Origin: a virus
Taxonomy: Duplodnaviria > Caudoviricetes
Reading direction: 5' to 3' (one strand)
DNA: 29,115 bases
IMG/VR virus record: IMGVR_UViG_3300017752_004479
Span: 1-29,115 of that record
The notes under the pieces were generated by a model. The model saw nothing but the letters and a program-made list of their open reading frames with translations. It made no database searches and was not told the origin of the DNA. The position numbers and the translations under genes were made by a program. Below, one piece after another: positions 17,038-24,609 of this stretch. How positions within the stretch are numbered: position 1 is the first letter of the stretch; every line of letters begins with the position of its first letter.

Positions 17038-18237
17038 ATGAATATTCCAATTTATGATGGTGATCCATTATGGAACCCAAATGCAACAGCTTTTGGATTT
17101 TACAATAATGATATTGAATTTCAAGAAGATTGTATTAAAGTAGCAAGATTTGTAACTACACGTTTAGGTTATCCCTTAATGGATGTTGAATTACAAACAG
17201 GATCTATTTTTACTGCCTTTGAAGAAGCTATAACTACCTATGGTAATGAATTATATGCTTATTTAATTCGAGAAAATGTATTAGATTTAACTGGTTTACC
17301 TTATGAAAATATTAATTTAAATGATGTTATAGTTACTCCTAATTTTGAGACTATAATTAGATTATCCGAACAATATGGTGAAGAAGCTGGAGTTGGAGGT
17401 AATGTTCCTTGGTATAAAGGATTTATTCCTTTAACATCTAGTGTTCAAGACTATGATTTAAAAGTTTGGGCTAAAGACCAAGGTATAACAGGTAGTATAG
17501 AAATAAAAAGAGTATTTTACCAAGAACCAATCCCAGCATCCGCAAGATATTTAGATCCTTTTGATGGGTTTGGATTTGGTGGTGTAGCAGCTGCAGGAAT
17601 GATGGGCTTAGGTGGATTTGGAGGTTCAATGGGTTATTTAATGATGCCACTTAACTATGATATGCAAGTTATTCAAGCCATTGAAATGAATGAAATGGTT
17701 AGATTATCAAACTATAGTTTTGAAGTACATAACAACGTAATTAGAATATTCCCAATACCCGGACCTTATGAAGTTAGTGGTGTAGGAGATATAGCTGAAG
17801 ATGGTGGTGGTTCATTTAATTGTGGGAATTTATGGTTTGAATACATTAAAAGAGATGATAGAATTGAAAGTAGTTTAATTTGTGCTGAAGATAAGGTAAC
17901 AAATGTTTCTAATATGCCATACCAAAACCCAACATATTCATTAATCAATTCAGTAGGAAGACAATGGATTTTTGAATACACGTTAGCTATTTGTAAGGAA
18001 ATTTTAGGGTATGTTCGTGGTAAATATAGTACGGTACCAATTCCAAATGCGGATATGACGTTAAATCAAGCGGATTTATTAGCAGCGGCAACAGCAGAAA
18101 AAACAGCTTTACTAGAAAGATTAAGAGCATATTTTGATGAAAATTCACGTGCTTCACTATTAGAAAGAAAAGTAAGAGAAGCAGATGCAGTACTAAGAGA
18201 ATTGGACCAAGTTCCAAGAGTAATTTATATAGGATAA
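17038..18237 (+). CDS. Neck / head-tail adaptor protein (T4 gp13-like)
   Basis: RLGYPLMDVEL N-terminal motif; WIFEYTLAICKEILGYVRGKY..P....TLN C-terminal motif; ends IYIG. Confidence 0.8.
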   Translation: MNIPIYDGDPLWNPNATAFGFYNNDIEFQEDCIKVARFVTTRLGYPLMDVELQTGSIFTAFEEAITTYGNELYAYLIRENVLDLTGLPYENINLNDVIVTPNFETIIRLSEQYGEEAGVGGNVPWYKGFIPLTSSVQDYDLKVWAKDQGITGSIEIKRVFYQEPIPASARYLDPFDGFGFGGVAAAGMMGLGGFGGSMGYLMMPLNYDMQVIQAIEMNEMVRLSNYSFEVHNNVIRIFPIPGPYEVSGVGDIAEDGGGSFNCGNLWFEYIKRDDRIESSLICAEDKVTNVSNMPYQNPTYSLINSVGRQWIFEYTLAICKEILGYVRGKYSTVPIPNADMTLNQADLLAAATAEKTALLERLRAYFDENSRASLLERKVREADAVLRELDQVPRVIYIG

Positions 18238-18238
18238 T

Positions 18239-18769
18239 ATGGCAATGTTCGCAAGACAGAGAGATGTCTCTCTGGTAAGACACTTAAATAGAGAAGTTAT
18301 GGGTAATGTAATTACCCAACAAGCTGCCTTCTACCAATTTAAATTAGAAGAAACTAAAGTAAACATATATGGTGAGGCAGCAGCAGAAAAGTTTTATAAT
18401 GGCCCTTTCTTATTTAATTGTTTAATTGATAGAGGAGATCAGGAATATCCCGAAAATGCTGAAGGTATACAATTTGAACAACCTATTAATTTTTATTTCT
18501 TGAGAGATGATTTAGTTGATGCAGATGTAGTACCTGATGTTGGTGATATAATATTATATCAAGAAGGATACTATGGAGTACAAGGTACAATATCAAACCA
18601 ATACTGGAGTGGCAAAAACCCAGATTACCCAAATAATGATTCAGATGGTACACCAAATCCTTTAAATCCTAATCTACAATTATTTGGAACTAATTTATCA
18701 ATATTAGTATCAACATATTATATATCAGCAGATAAACCAGGAATATCACCTTATAAAGAAAGATTTTAA
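18239..18769 (+). CDS. Neck / head-closure protein (T4 gp14-like)
   Basis: NIYGEA, PDVGDIILY motifs; synteny after the gp13-like gene. Confidence 0.65.
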   Translation: MAMFARQRDVSLVRHLNREVMGNVITQQAAFYQFKLEETKVNIYGEAAAEKFYNGPFLFNCLIDRGDQEYPENAEGIQFEQPINFYFLRDDLVDADVVPDVGDIILYQEGYYGVQGTISNQYWSGKNPDYPNNDSDGTPNPLNPNLQLFGTNLSILVSTYYISADKPGISPYKERF

Positions 18770-19752
18770 TGTCAGTAAGAAAACCTATACCTAAAACCCA
18801 AAAACAAATAAGCATAGATCAGCAAAGACCTACTGATCCAAGGTATGGTAATCCTAATATACCATTACCAACTAATGAAAACGAAACTGGTATACCCTTT
18901 AATAGGTCAGAAAAATTATCTTGGAAAGGTGATGATACTAAACCTTTATCAATTGGTATACAAGATTTAGATGAAGCAGTATTTTATTACTTTCAAAATG
19001 TTATTAAACCTTTTGTTTATCAAAATGGAGAAAGAAGAGAAGTACCAGTAATATATGGTGACCCTGAAAGATGGAAATCATTTCAACGTGATGGATATTA
19101 TAGAGATAAAAAGGGATCTATTATGTTACCTATTATTGTTATTAAAAGAAATACAATAACAAAAGATAGAACAGTATATAATAAATTAGATGCTAATAGT
19201 CCTAACTTATATGGTACTTTTCAACGTGCTTACAATCCTAAAAACTTCTATAATAATTGGGCAGCAATCAAAAACAAAATACCAGCTAAACAGTTTTATG
19301 CCGTAGCAGTTCCAGATTTTGTAAATCTAGAATATAGTGTTATAGCCCAAACTTATTACATGGAACAATTAAATAAAATAATTGAATCATGTGAATATGC
19401 TTCTGATGCATATTGGGGAGATCCTGAAAGATTTAAATTCAGAGCTTTTATAGATAGTTTTACAACGGCAACAGAATTAACTACAGGTAGAGATAGGTTA
19501 GTAAAAGGAACATTTAATATAAGATTAAGAGGATATATAATTCCGGATACTATACAAAAAGACTTAAATTCTATTTCTAAATATAATTCTAAATCTAAGT
19601 TTATAGTACAGATGGAAACAACATCTAATTCAGAAATATTTGAAACAGGGGTTACAAAAACAAGAGATGGAAGGGTAAGAAAAGATAGAGATATTGATGG
19701 TAATATAGCAAATATTGGGGATGTAACCCCTGGAACTCAATTAAAAAATTAA
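18769..19752 (+). CDS. Tail completion / sheath stabiliser (T4 gp15-like)
   Basis: VPVIYGDPERW, MLPIIVI, VPDFVNLEY, FNIRLRGYI motifs; TAATG coupling; synteny. Confidence 0.7.
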   Translation: MSVRKPIPKTQKQISIDQQRPTDPRYGNPNIPLPTNENETGIPFNRSEKLSWKGDDTKPLSIGIQDLDEAVFYYFQNVIKPFVYQNGERREVPVIYGDPERWKSFQRDGYYRDKKGSIMLPIIVIKRNTITKDRTVYNKLDANSPNLYGTFQRAYNPKNFYNNWAAIKNKIPAKQFYAVAVPDFVNLEYSVIAQTYYMEQLNKIIESCEYASDAYWGDPERFKFRAFIDSFTTATELTTGRDRLVKGTFNIRLRGYIIPDTIQKDLNSISKYNSKSKFIVQMETTSNSEIFETGVTKTRDGRVRKDRDIDGNIANIGDVTPGTQLKN

Positions 19753-19764
19753 AAATAAAAAATA

Positions 19765-21069
19765 ATGGCTAATAACGTTAGATTTGTAGACTCCCTTAAA
19801 GCAGGACAATATAAAGGCAATCCAGGTCCACAAGGACCAGTTGGGCCTTCAGGTTCAGCTTTTCCTTTTACGGGTTCGGCTGGAATAACAGGTAGTTTAG
19901 ATTTAACTGGTAGTTTTAACGCATCAGGTAGTACACATGCAATTACAGGACAAATAACTTTTGGAGGAGTCAATGTAACATCCTTAAACTCAGGCGGAGG
20001 TCTAAACCAACTATCTCTTAATGTAGCAGATTCCAATGATAGTAACAACCCAGATAATTATTTACTTCATTTAGATAATCTTGGAGATGGAATGTTTTAT
20101 GCTAAAAGTTTAGAATTAGGAGATGGTGAAGGAGTTTTCAATGGAACAAACCTTCAGATTGATTCTCCAAATAATCAATTTTTATTTGAAAATGGTAATG
20201 TAGGGATTGGAACTGGTAGTCCTAGTGAAAAATTACAAGTTGAAGGAAATATAAGTGCAAGTGGATTTATTCAAAGTAATCAAATAAATAGTAATCAAAT
20301 AACTGGAAGTAATTTAGCTATAGGTACAGACTATAATTCCCTTCCTAATGACCCCGGATATACAGGTATAATTTCAAGATTTGATGGTGGTGTATTTTTT
20401 AATATTAAAGAAGAAGCATTAAAGACTTTTGGTATTAATAGTGCAGCAGTAGGAGACGGCATTTTACAAATTGATACTGATCCAAACCATTTTTTACTAG
20501 ACCCGACAGGTAATGTTGAGTTAAAAGTAGGATTAGGAGTTGTATCTCCCTCAGCTTCTTTAGATATAGTAGGAAATATCCAAGCTTCGAGTCATATAAC
20601 AGCATCTGGTAATATCAGTGCAAGTGGAGATCTTTCTGCTGCTAACATAAATGTCCCAACTAATGGTACTACATCATTTGGCTCAAACGTAACTTTTACA
20701 GCAAACCAGTCTACAACTTTTGCTTCTAATACAATTGCTAGTGGATACCCACTAAATATAATTCCAAGCAATGGTGTTTTTATTAAATCCGCATTACTGT
20801 TTGGTGAAAATATTGCAGCGTTTAATAATAATGGTTCTGTTGATTTATATTATGATAACTCAAAGAAATTTGAAACTACTACAGCTGGTATAAATGTAAC
20901 AGGAAATATTACAGCTTCGGCTAATATAAGTGGAAGTGGTACTGGTAGTTTAGGTAGTTTATTAGTTGACGGCTCTTCTATCGATTTTACTAATATTCCA
21001 ATTTCTGATCCTGGGGTTGCTGGAAGATTATGGAGAGATGGAACAGATTTAAAAATATCTGTGGGGTAA
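19765..21069 (+). CDS. Fibre protein with short collagen-like segment
   Basis: GNPGPQGPVGPSG; FPFTGSAGITGSL; GNVGIGTGSPSEKLQVEGN; ITASGNISASG; GSVDLYYDNSKKFETT; C-terminal PISDPGVAGRLWRDG. Confidence 0.8.
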   Translation: MANNVRFVDSLKAGQYKGNPGPQGPVGPSGSAFPFTGSAGITGSLDLTGSFNASGSTHAITGQITFGGVNVTSLNSGGGLNQLSLNVADSNDSNNPDNYLLHLDNLGDGMFYAKSLELGDGEGVFNGTNLQIDSPNNQFLFENGNVGIGTGSPSEKLQVEGNISASGFIQSNQINSNQITGSNLAIGTDYNSLPNDPGYTGIISRFDGGVFFNIKEEALKTFGINSAAVGDGILQIDTDPNHFLLDPTGNVELKVGLGVVSPSASLDIVGNIQASSHITASGNISASGDLSAANINVPTNGTTSFGSNVTFTANQSTTFASNTIASGYPLNIIPSNGVFIKSALLFGENIAAFNNNGSVDLYYDNSKKFETTTAGINVTGNITASANISGSGTGSLGSLLVDGSSIDFTNIPISDPGVAGRLWRDGTDLKISVG

Positions 21070-21107
21070 TAAATAATAAATAATAAATAATTTTAGAATA
21101 TTCTAAA
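21067..21107. repeat. (TAATAAA)x3.5 tandem repeat plus 16-bp palindrome
   Basis: TAATAAA units at 21067-21091; TTTAGAATATTCTAAA at 21092-21107. Confidence 0.6.
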
Positions 21108-21124
21108 TTTTGCTTTTAAATTAC

Positions 21125-21138
21125 ATATTTATAATAAA
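21125..21138 (+). promoter_or_regulatory. Putative phage late promoter ATATTTATAATAAA
   Basis: Exact 14-mer. Confidence 0.7.
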
Positions 21139-21150
21139 TAAAAATAACAA

Positions 21151-21465
21151 ATGAAACATATTTGGAAAATATACAATCTTGAAAGAATAAAGGCAGATGG
21201 TTTTGTTACTGATGTAACATATGCCTGTGAGTCATCAGATAATAATATATCTACTAGATTAATTGGAGATTTAACTTTATCAGGTTCAACAGAAGAACCA
21301 GGATTTGTCCCTTACGAAAATCTTACTGAAAGTGAGGTTTTAGGTTGGGTAAATGCTAGTATAGATGAGGCTGCTGTCGAAACAGCAAATTCTGCTTCAA
21401 TTGCTGCTATGGCTATAGCTAGAGCGGCTATTACAAGTTCTAATGGGATACCTTGGCTAGAATAA
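21151..21465 (+). CDS. Small fibre-associated protein (WKIxxLER...FVPYENLTExEVLGWV family)
   Basis: Motif pattern typical of small proteins encoded next to phage fibres; ends GIPW. Confidence 0.65.
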   Translation: MKHIWKIYNLERIKADGFVTDVTYACESSDNNISTRLIGDLTLSGSTEEPGFVPYENLTESEVLGWVNASIDEAAVETANSASIAAMAIARAAITSSNGIPWLE

Positions 21466-21499
21466 AAATTAAAGATTTTTTGATGCTCTTTTAAAATTT

Positions 21500-21530
21500 T
21501 TTGGGAGTACTAAATTATTTTTGTATATTA
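21500..21530 (+). promoter_or_regulatory. Putative host-type (early/middle) promoter TTTGG-N18-GTATATTA
   Basis: Matches 911-941 in both boxes and spacing; 20 nt before the glycosyltransferase ATG; no late motif in this gap. Confidence 0.55.
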
Positions 21531-21550
21531 GTTATAGTAAAAAGTTATAG

Positions 21551-22429
21551 ATGAATATTTTATTCCAAATAGATGGGGGCTTAGGCAAATCAATCATGGC
21601 AACTGCAATGGTTAAGGTTATAAAAAAACGTTATAAAAACGCTAACCTTATAGTCGTTACTGCTTACCCCGATGTGTTTTTAAATAATCCTAGTGTTAGT
21701 AAAGTTTATAATACTAATAACATAAATGGTTTTTATTTAAAATATGTTAAGGATCAAAAATGTAAAATTTTTGTTGAAGATCCTTATAGAAATGAGGATT
21801 TTATTCTAGATAAACCCATAAAATTACTTAAAACTTGGTGTGAATTATATGGTTTACGTTACAATAACGAACAACCCGAACTTCACCTTACCCAACCAGA
21901 ATTAGATTATTTTAAACCGTATTATACTACAGATAAACCAATATTAGCTATTCAAACTAATGGAGGACCAGCAGGTATAGGATACCAATATGCTTGGACA
22001 AGAGATATCCCAGAACCAACCATTTTAGAGTTAATAAACCATTATAAGGATGATTATACTATAATTCATATAAAAAGAGAAGATCAAAAAATATATCCTG
22101 ATACAATGCAAGCACTGGATGGTTATAGAAGTATAGCTATATTACTTCTTTTATCTTCAAAAAGATTATTAATGGATAGCTTTGCACAACATATGGCTGC
22201 AGCTCTAAATAAAAAATCTACAGTTTGTTGGGTTAGCACAAAACCAGAAATATTTGGGTATAAAATACATGATAATATAAAATCAAATCCATTTACTAAA
22301 GAACCCTCTTTACATGAAGCAGCTTATCAACCATTTGCTTTATCGCAAGATATACATTCAATACCTTATAATGATTTAAAAGAAATATTTAGTACGAATA
22401 AAATTATAGAATCGATAAATAATCAATAA
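21551..22429 (+). CDS. Glycosyltransferase, GT-B fold, GT9/heptosyltransferase-like
   Basis: GGLGKSIMATAMVKVIKKRY..ANLIV...PDVFLNNP N-terminus; MDSFAQHMAAALNKKSTVCW matches the GT9 DSG..HLAAA motif. Confidence 0.8.
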   Translation: MNILFQIDGGLGKSIMATAMVKVIKKRYKNANLIVVTAYPDVFLNNPSVSKVYNTNNINGFYLKYVKDQKCKIFVEDPYRNEDFILDKPIKLLKTWCELYGLRYNNEQPELHLTQPELDYFKPYYTTDKPILAIQTNGGPAGIGYQYAWTRDIPEPTILELINHYKDDYTIIHIKREDQKIYPDTMQALDGYRSIAILLLLSSKRLLMDSFAQHMAAALNKKSTVCWVSTKPEIFGYKIHDNIKSNPFTKEPSLHEAAYQPFALSQDIHSIPYNDLKEIFSTNKIIESINNQ

Positions 22430-23247
22430 TGGAAGAAATATTTTTTCAATCTTCATTACCTAGAGCAGGTAGTACTTTATTGCAAAATATATTGGGTCAA
22501 AATCCTGATTTTTATGTAACCCCCACATCAGGCGTATTAGAATTATTATATGCAGCTAGACAAAATTATACAAATGATAATGCCTTTAGAGCTCAGGATT
22601 CTAAACTAATGAAAAAGGGATGGCTTAATTTTTGCAATCAAGGTTTAGAAGGATTTTATAAAGGCATAACACATAAAAAATTTATTGTAGATAAAAGTAG
22701 AGGATGGGGTATACATTATAATTTTTTAAATTCATTTTATTCAAATCCAAAAATAGTTTGTATGGTAAGAGATTTAAGATCTATTTATACATCTATGGAA
22801 AAAAATTTTAGAAAAAACCCCGAAAAAGATGATGGGACTGTAAATTGGAGTAAAATGAAAGGTACTACAACTGCTAAAAGAATTGATATTTGGGCTGACT
22901 CACCTCCAATAGGAATTGCAATTGAAAGACTTCAACAAATAATTAATGAAGGGATAGATAAAAAAATTCATTTTCTCCGTTTTGAAGATCTAACCTCAAA
23001 TCCACAAGAAGAATTAAATAAAATTTATAATTTTTTCCAAATAAAAGAATATAGTCATGATTTTGACAATGTTAAACAATTAACACAAGAAGATGATACA
23101 GTACATGGTATGTTTGGGGATCATAAAATTAAAAAACAAGTAAAACCTATACCCCTTACGTATAATGAAATTTTAGGACCACAACTTTCACAAAACATAG
23201 TTAATACTTATCCCTGGTTTTATGAATATTTTAATTACAAAATATGA
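22429..23247 (+). CDS. PAPS-dependent sulfotransferase
   Basis: 5'-PSB loop SLPRAGSTLLQNILGQNP; VDKSR; 3'-PB MVRDLRSIYTS; LRFEDLTSNP. Confidence 0.92.
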   Translation: MEEIFFQSSLPRAGSTLLQNILGQNPDFYVTPTSGVLELLYAARQNYTNDNAFRAQDSKLMKKGWLNFCNQGLEGFYKGITHKKFIVDKSRGWGIHYNFLNSFYSNPKIVCMVRDLRSIYTSMEKNFRKNPEKDDGTVNWSKMKGTTTAKRIDIWADSPPIGIAIERLQQIINEGIDKKIHFLRFEDLTSNPQEELNKIYNFFQIKEYSHDFDNVKQLTQEDDTVHGMFGDHKIKKQVKPIPLTYNEILGPQLSQNIVNTYPWFYEYFNYKI

Positions 23248-23714
23248 TATACTGGTTTACAGGACAGCCTGGTTCAGGCAAAACAGTTTTAGCAAATCTA
23301 CTCAAAGAAAAGTACTTACCTCATGCTTATCGTATAGATGGAGATGAAATGAGAGAATTATTTACAAATAAAGATTACTCTATTAAAGGTAGAATAACAA
23401 ATGTAGATGCAGCACAAAAAATTGCACATTATTTACATAATCAAGGTAAAGATGTAATTGTATCTTTAGTTTCTCCTTATTTAGACCAAAGAAAAGAATT
23501 TAAGGACATAATGGAGTGGCAATTACAAGAAATTTTTGTATATTATGATGTAGATAAAGGGCTTAGAGGTAGAGAAAATTATCATGTTATGCAATTCCAA
23601 AAACCGGATTTAGATTACATTGATATTGATACTACAAAACAAACCCCAGAAGAATCATTAAAGGTAATAGCTAAAAAATCTGGTTTAGATATGATATATT
23701 CTAAAGGATTATGA
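23244..23714 (+). CDS. cysC: Adenylyl-sulfate (APS) kinase
   Basis: IYWFTGQPGSGKT, IDGDEMR, GR..N, VIVSLVSPY...R; compact version with a shortened lid region. Confidence 0.85.
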   Translation: MIYWFTGQPGSGKTVLANLLKEKYLPHAYRIDGDEMRELFTNKDYSIKGRITNVDAAQKIAHYLHNQGKDVIVSLVSPYLDQRKEFKDIMEWQLQEIFVYYDVDKGLRGRENYHVMQFQKPDLDYIDIDTTKQTPEESLKVIAKKSGLDMIYSKGL

Positions 23715-24070
23715 GTAAAAAATATTCAATGTTTATTGGAAGGTGGCAACCCTTACATCAAGGTCATCTTTGGTTAATCAATCAAAGATTACAAGAAGGA
23801 AAGAATGTATGTTTAGCAATTAGAGATGTTGAACTAAATGAAAATCAACCTTGGACCGCTAAAGAAATAGAAAAGATGGTTCATGAGGGTGAGTTAAAAG
23901 GATTGATACAAGATGGTAGAGTTATTACAACAATAATACCTGATATTGAATCAATTAATTATGGTAGAGGTGTTGGGTATGAAGTTATTGAACATATACC
24001 ACCAACGGAAATAGGTGAAATATCAGCTACAAAAATTAGAGAACAAATGAGAAAAGATGGTAAGTTATAA
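23711..24070 (+). CDS. Minimal HxGH nucleotidyltransferase (cytidylyltransferase-like superfamily)
   Basis: FIGRWQPLHQGH and C-terminal ISATKIR motifs; 119 aa; ATGA-coupled to cysC. Confidence 0.85.
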   Translation: MSKKYSMFIGRWQPLHQGHLWLINQRLQEGKNVCLAIRDVELNENQPWTAKEIEKMVHEGELKGLIQDGRVITTIIPDIESINYGRGVGYEVIEHIPPTEIGEISATKIREQMRKDGKL

Positions 24071-24269
24071 AAGACACATTGCAAAAACAATATCATGGAG
24101 AATAATAGGAACAATAGACACAGTAATTATTTCAGGACTTATAACGGGTTCTTGGGGAGCAGGGTTAGCTATAGGAGGGGTAGAAATTATCTCCAAAATG
24201 GTGCTTTACTTTCTACACGAAAGAATGTGGTATAAATTTAGTAAATTTGGGGTAAATAAAAATAATTAA
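24057..24269 (+). CDS. DUF2061-like small membrane protein
   Basis: KRHIAKTISWRIIGTIDT...K..LYFLHERMW signature; two hydrophobic helices. Confidence 0.85.
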   Translation: MVSYKRHIAKTISWRIIGTIDTVIISGLITGSWGAGLAIGGVEIISKMVLYFLHERMWYKFSKFGVNKNN

Positions 24270-24283
24270 ATATTTATAATAAA
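24270..24283 (+). promoter_or_regulatory. Putative phage late promoter ATATTTATAATAAA
   Basis: Exact 14-mer; marks the return to late transcription after the cassette. Confidence 0.7.
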
Positions 24284-24294
24284 ATAAAAATAAA

Positions 24295-24555
24295 ATGAGT
24301 AAAAAAGAAATTATTAAGTTATCAGAAGAGGAATTAACAATTCTTAAAGGTTATCAAAAAAAACAAAATCAAATTACTTTTAATTTAGGTAATGTTGATA
24401 TACAAAAAGCTATTCTTGAGGGACAAAGAAGTCAAATATTAGAAAATTTAGCTAATTTACAAGAAGAATCTAATAAAACAGCTAAGAAACTTCAAGATAA
24501 ATATGGTGATGGGAATATTGATTTAGAAACTGGTGAATTTACTATTGTAGAATAA
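24295..24555 (+). CDS. Small coiled-coil protein (KYGDGNIDLETGEF C-terminus), possible assembly chaperone
   Basis: 86 aa helical hairpin with C-terminal beta-hairpin motif; own late motif. Confidence 0.6.
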   Translation: MSKKEIIKLSEEELTILKGYQKKQNQITFNLGNVDIQKAILEGQRSQILENLANLQEESNKTAKKLQDKYGDGNIDLETGEFTIVE

Positions 24556-24586
24556 TTTTAAAGTTTTAACTATAATATATTTGTTT

Positions 24587-24600
24587 ATATTTATAATAAA
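24587..24600 (+). promoter_or_regulatory. Putative phage late promoter ATATTTATAATAAA
   Basis: Exact 14-mer before sheath 1. Confidence 0.7.
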
Positions 24601-24609
24601 ATATTATAG

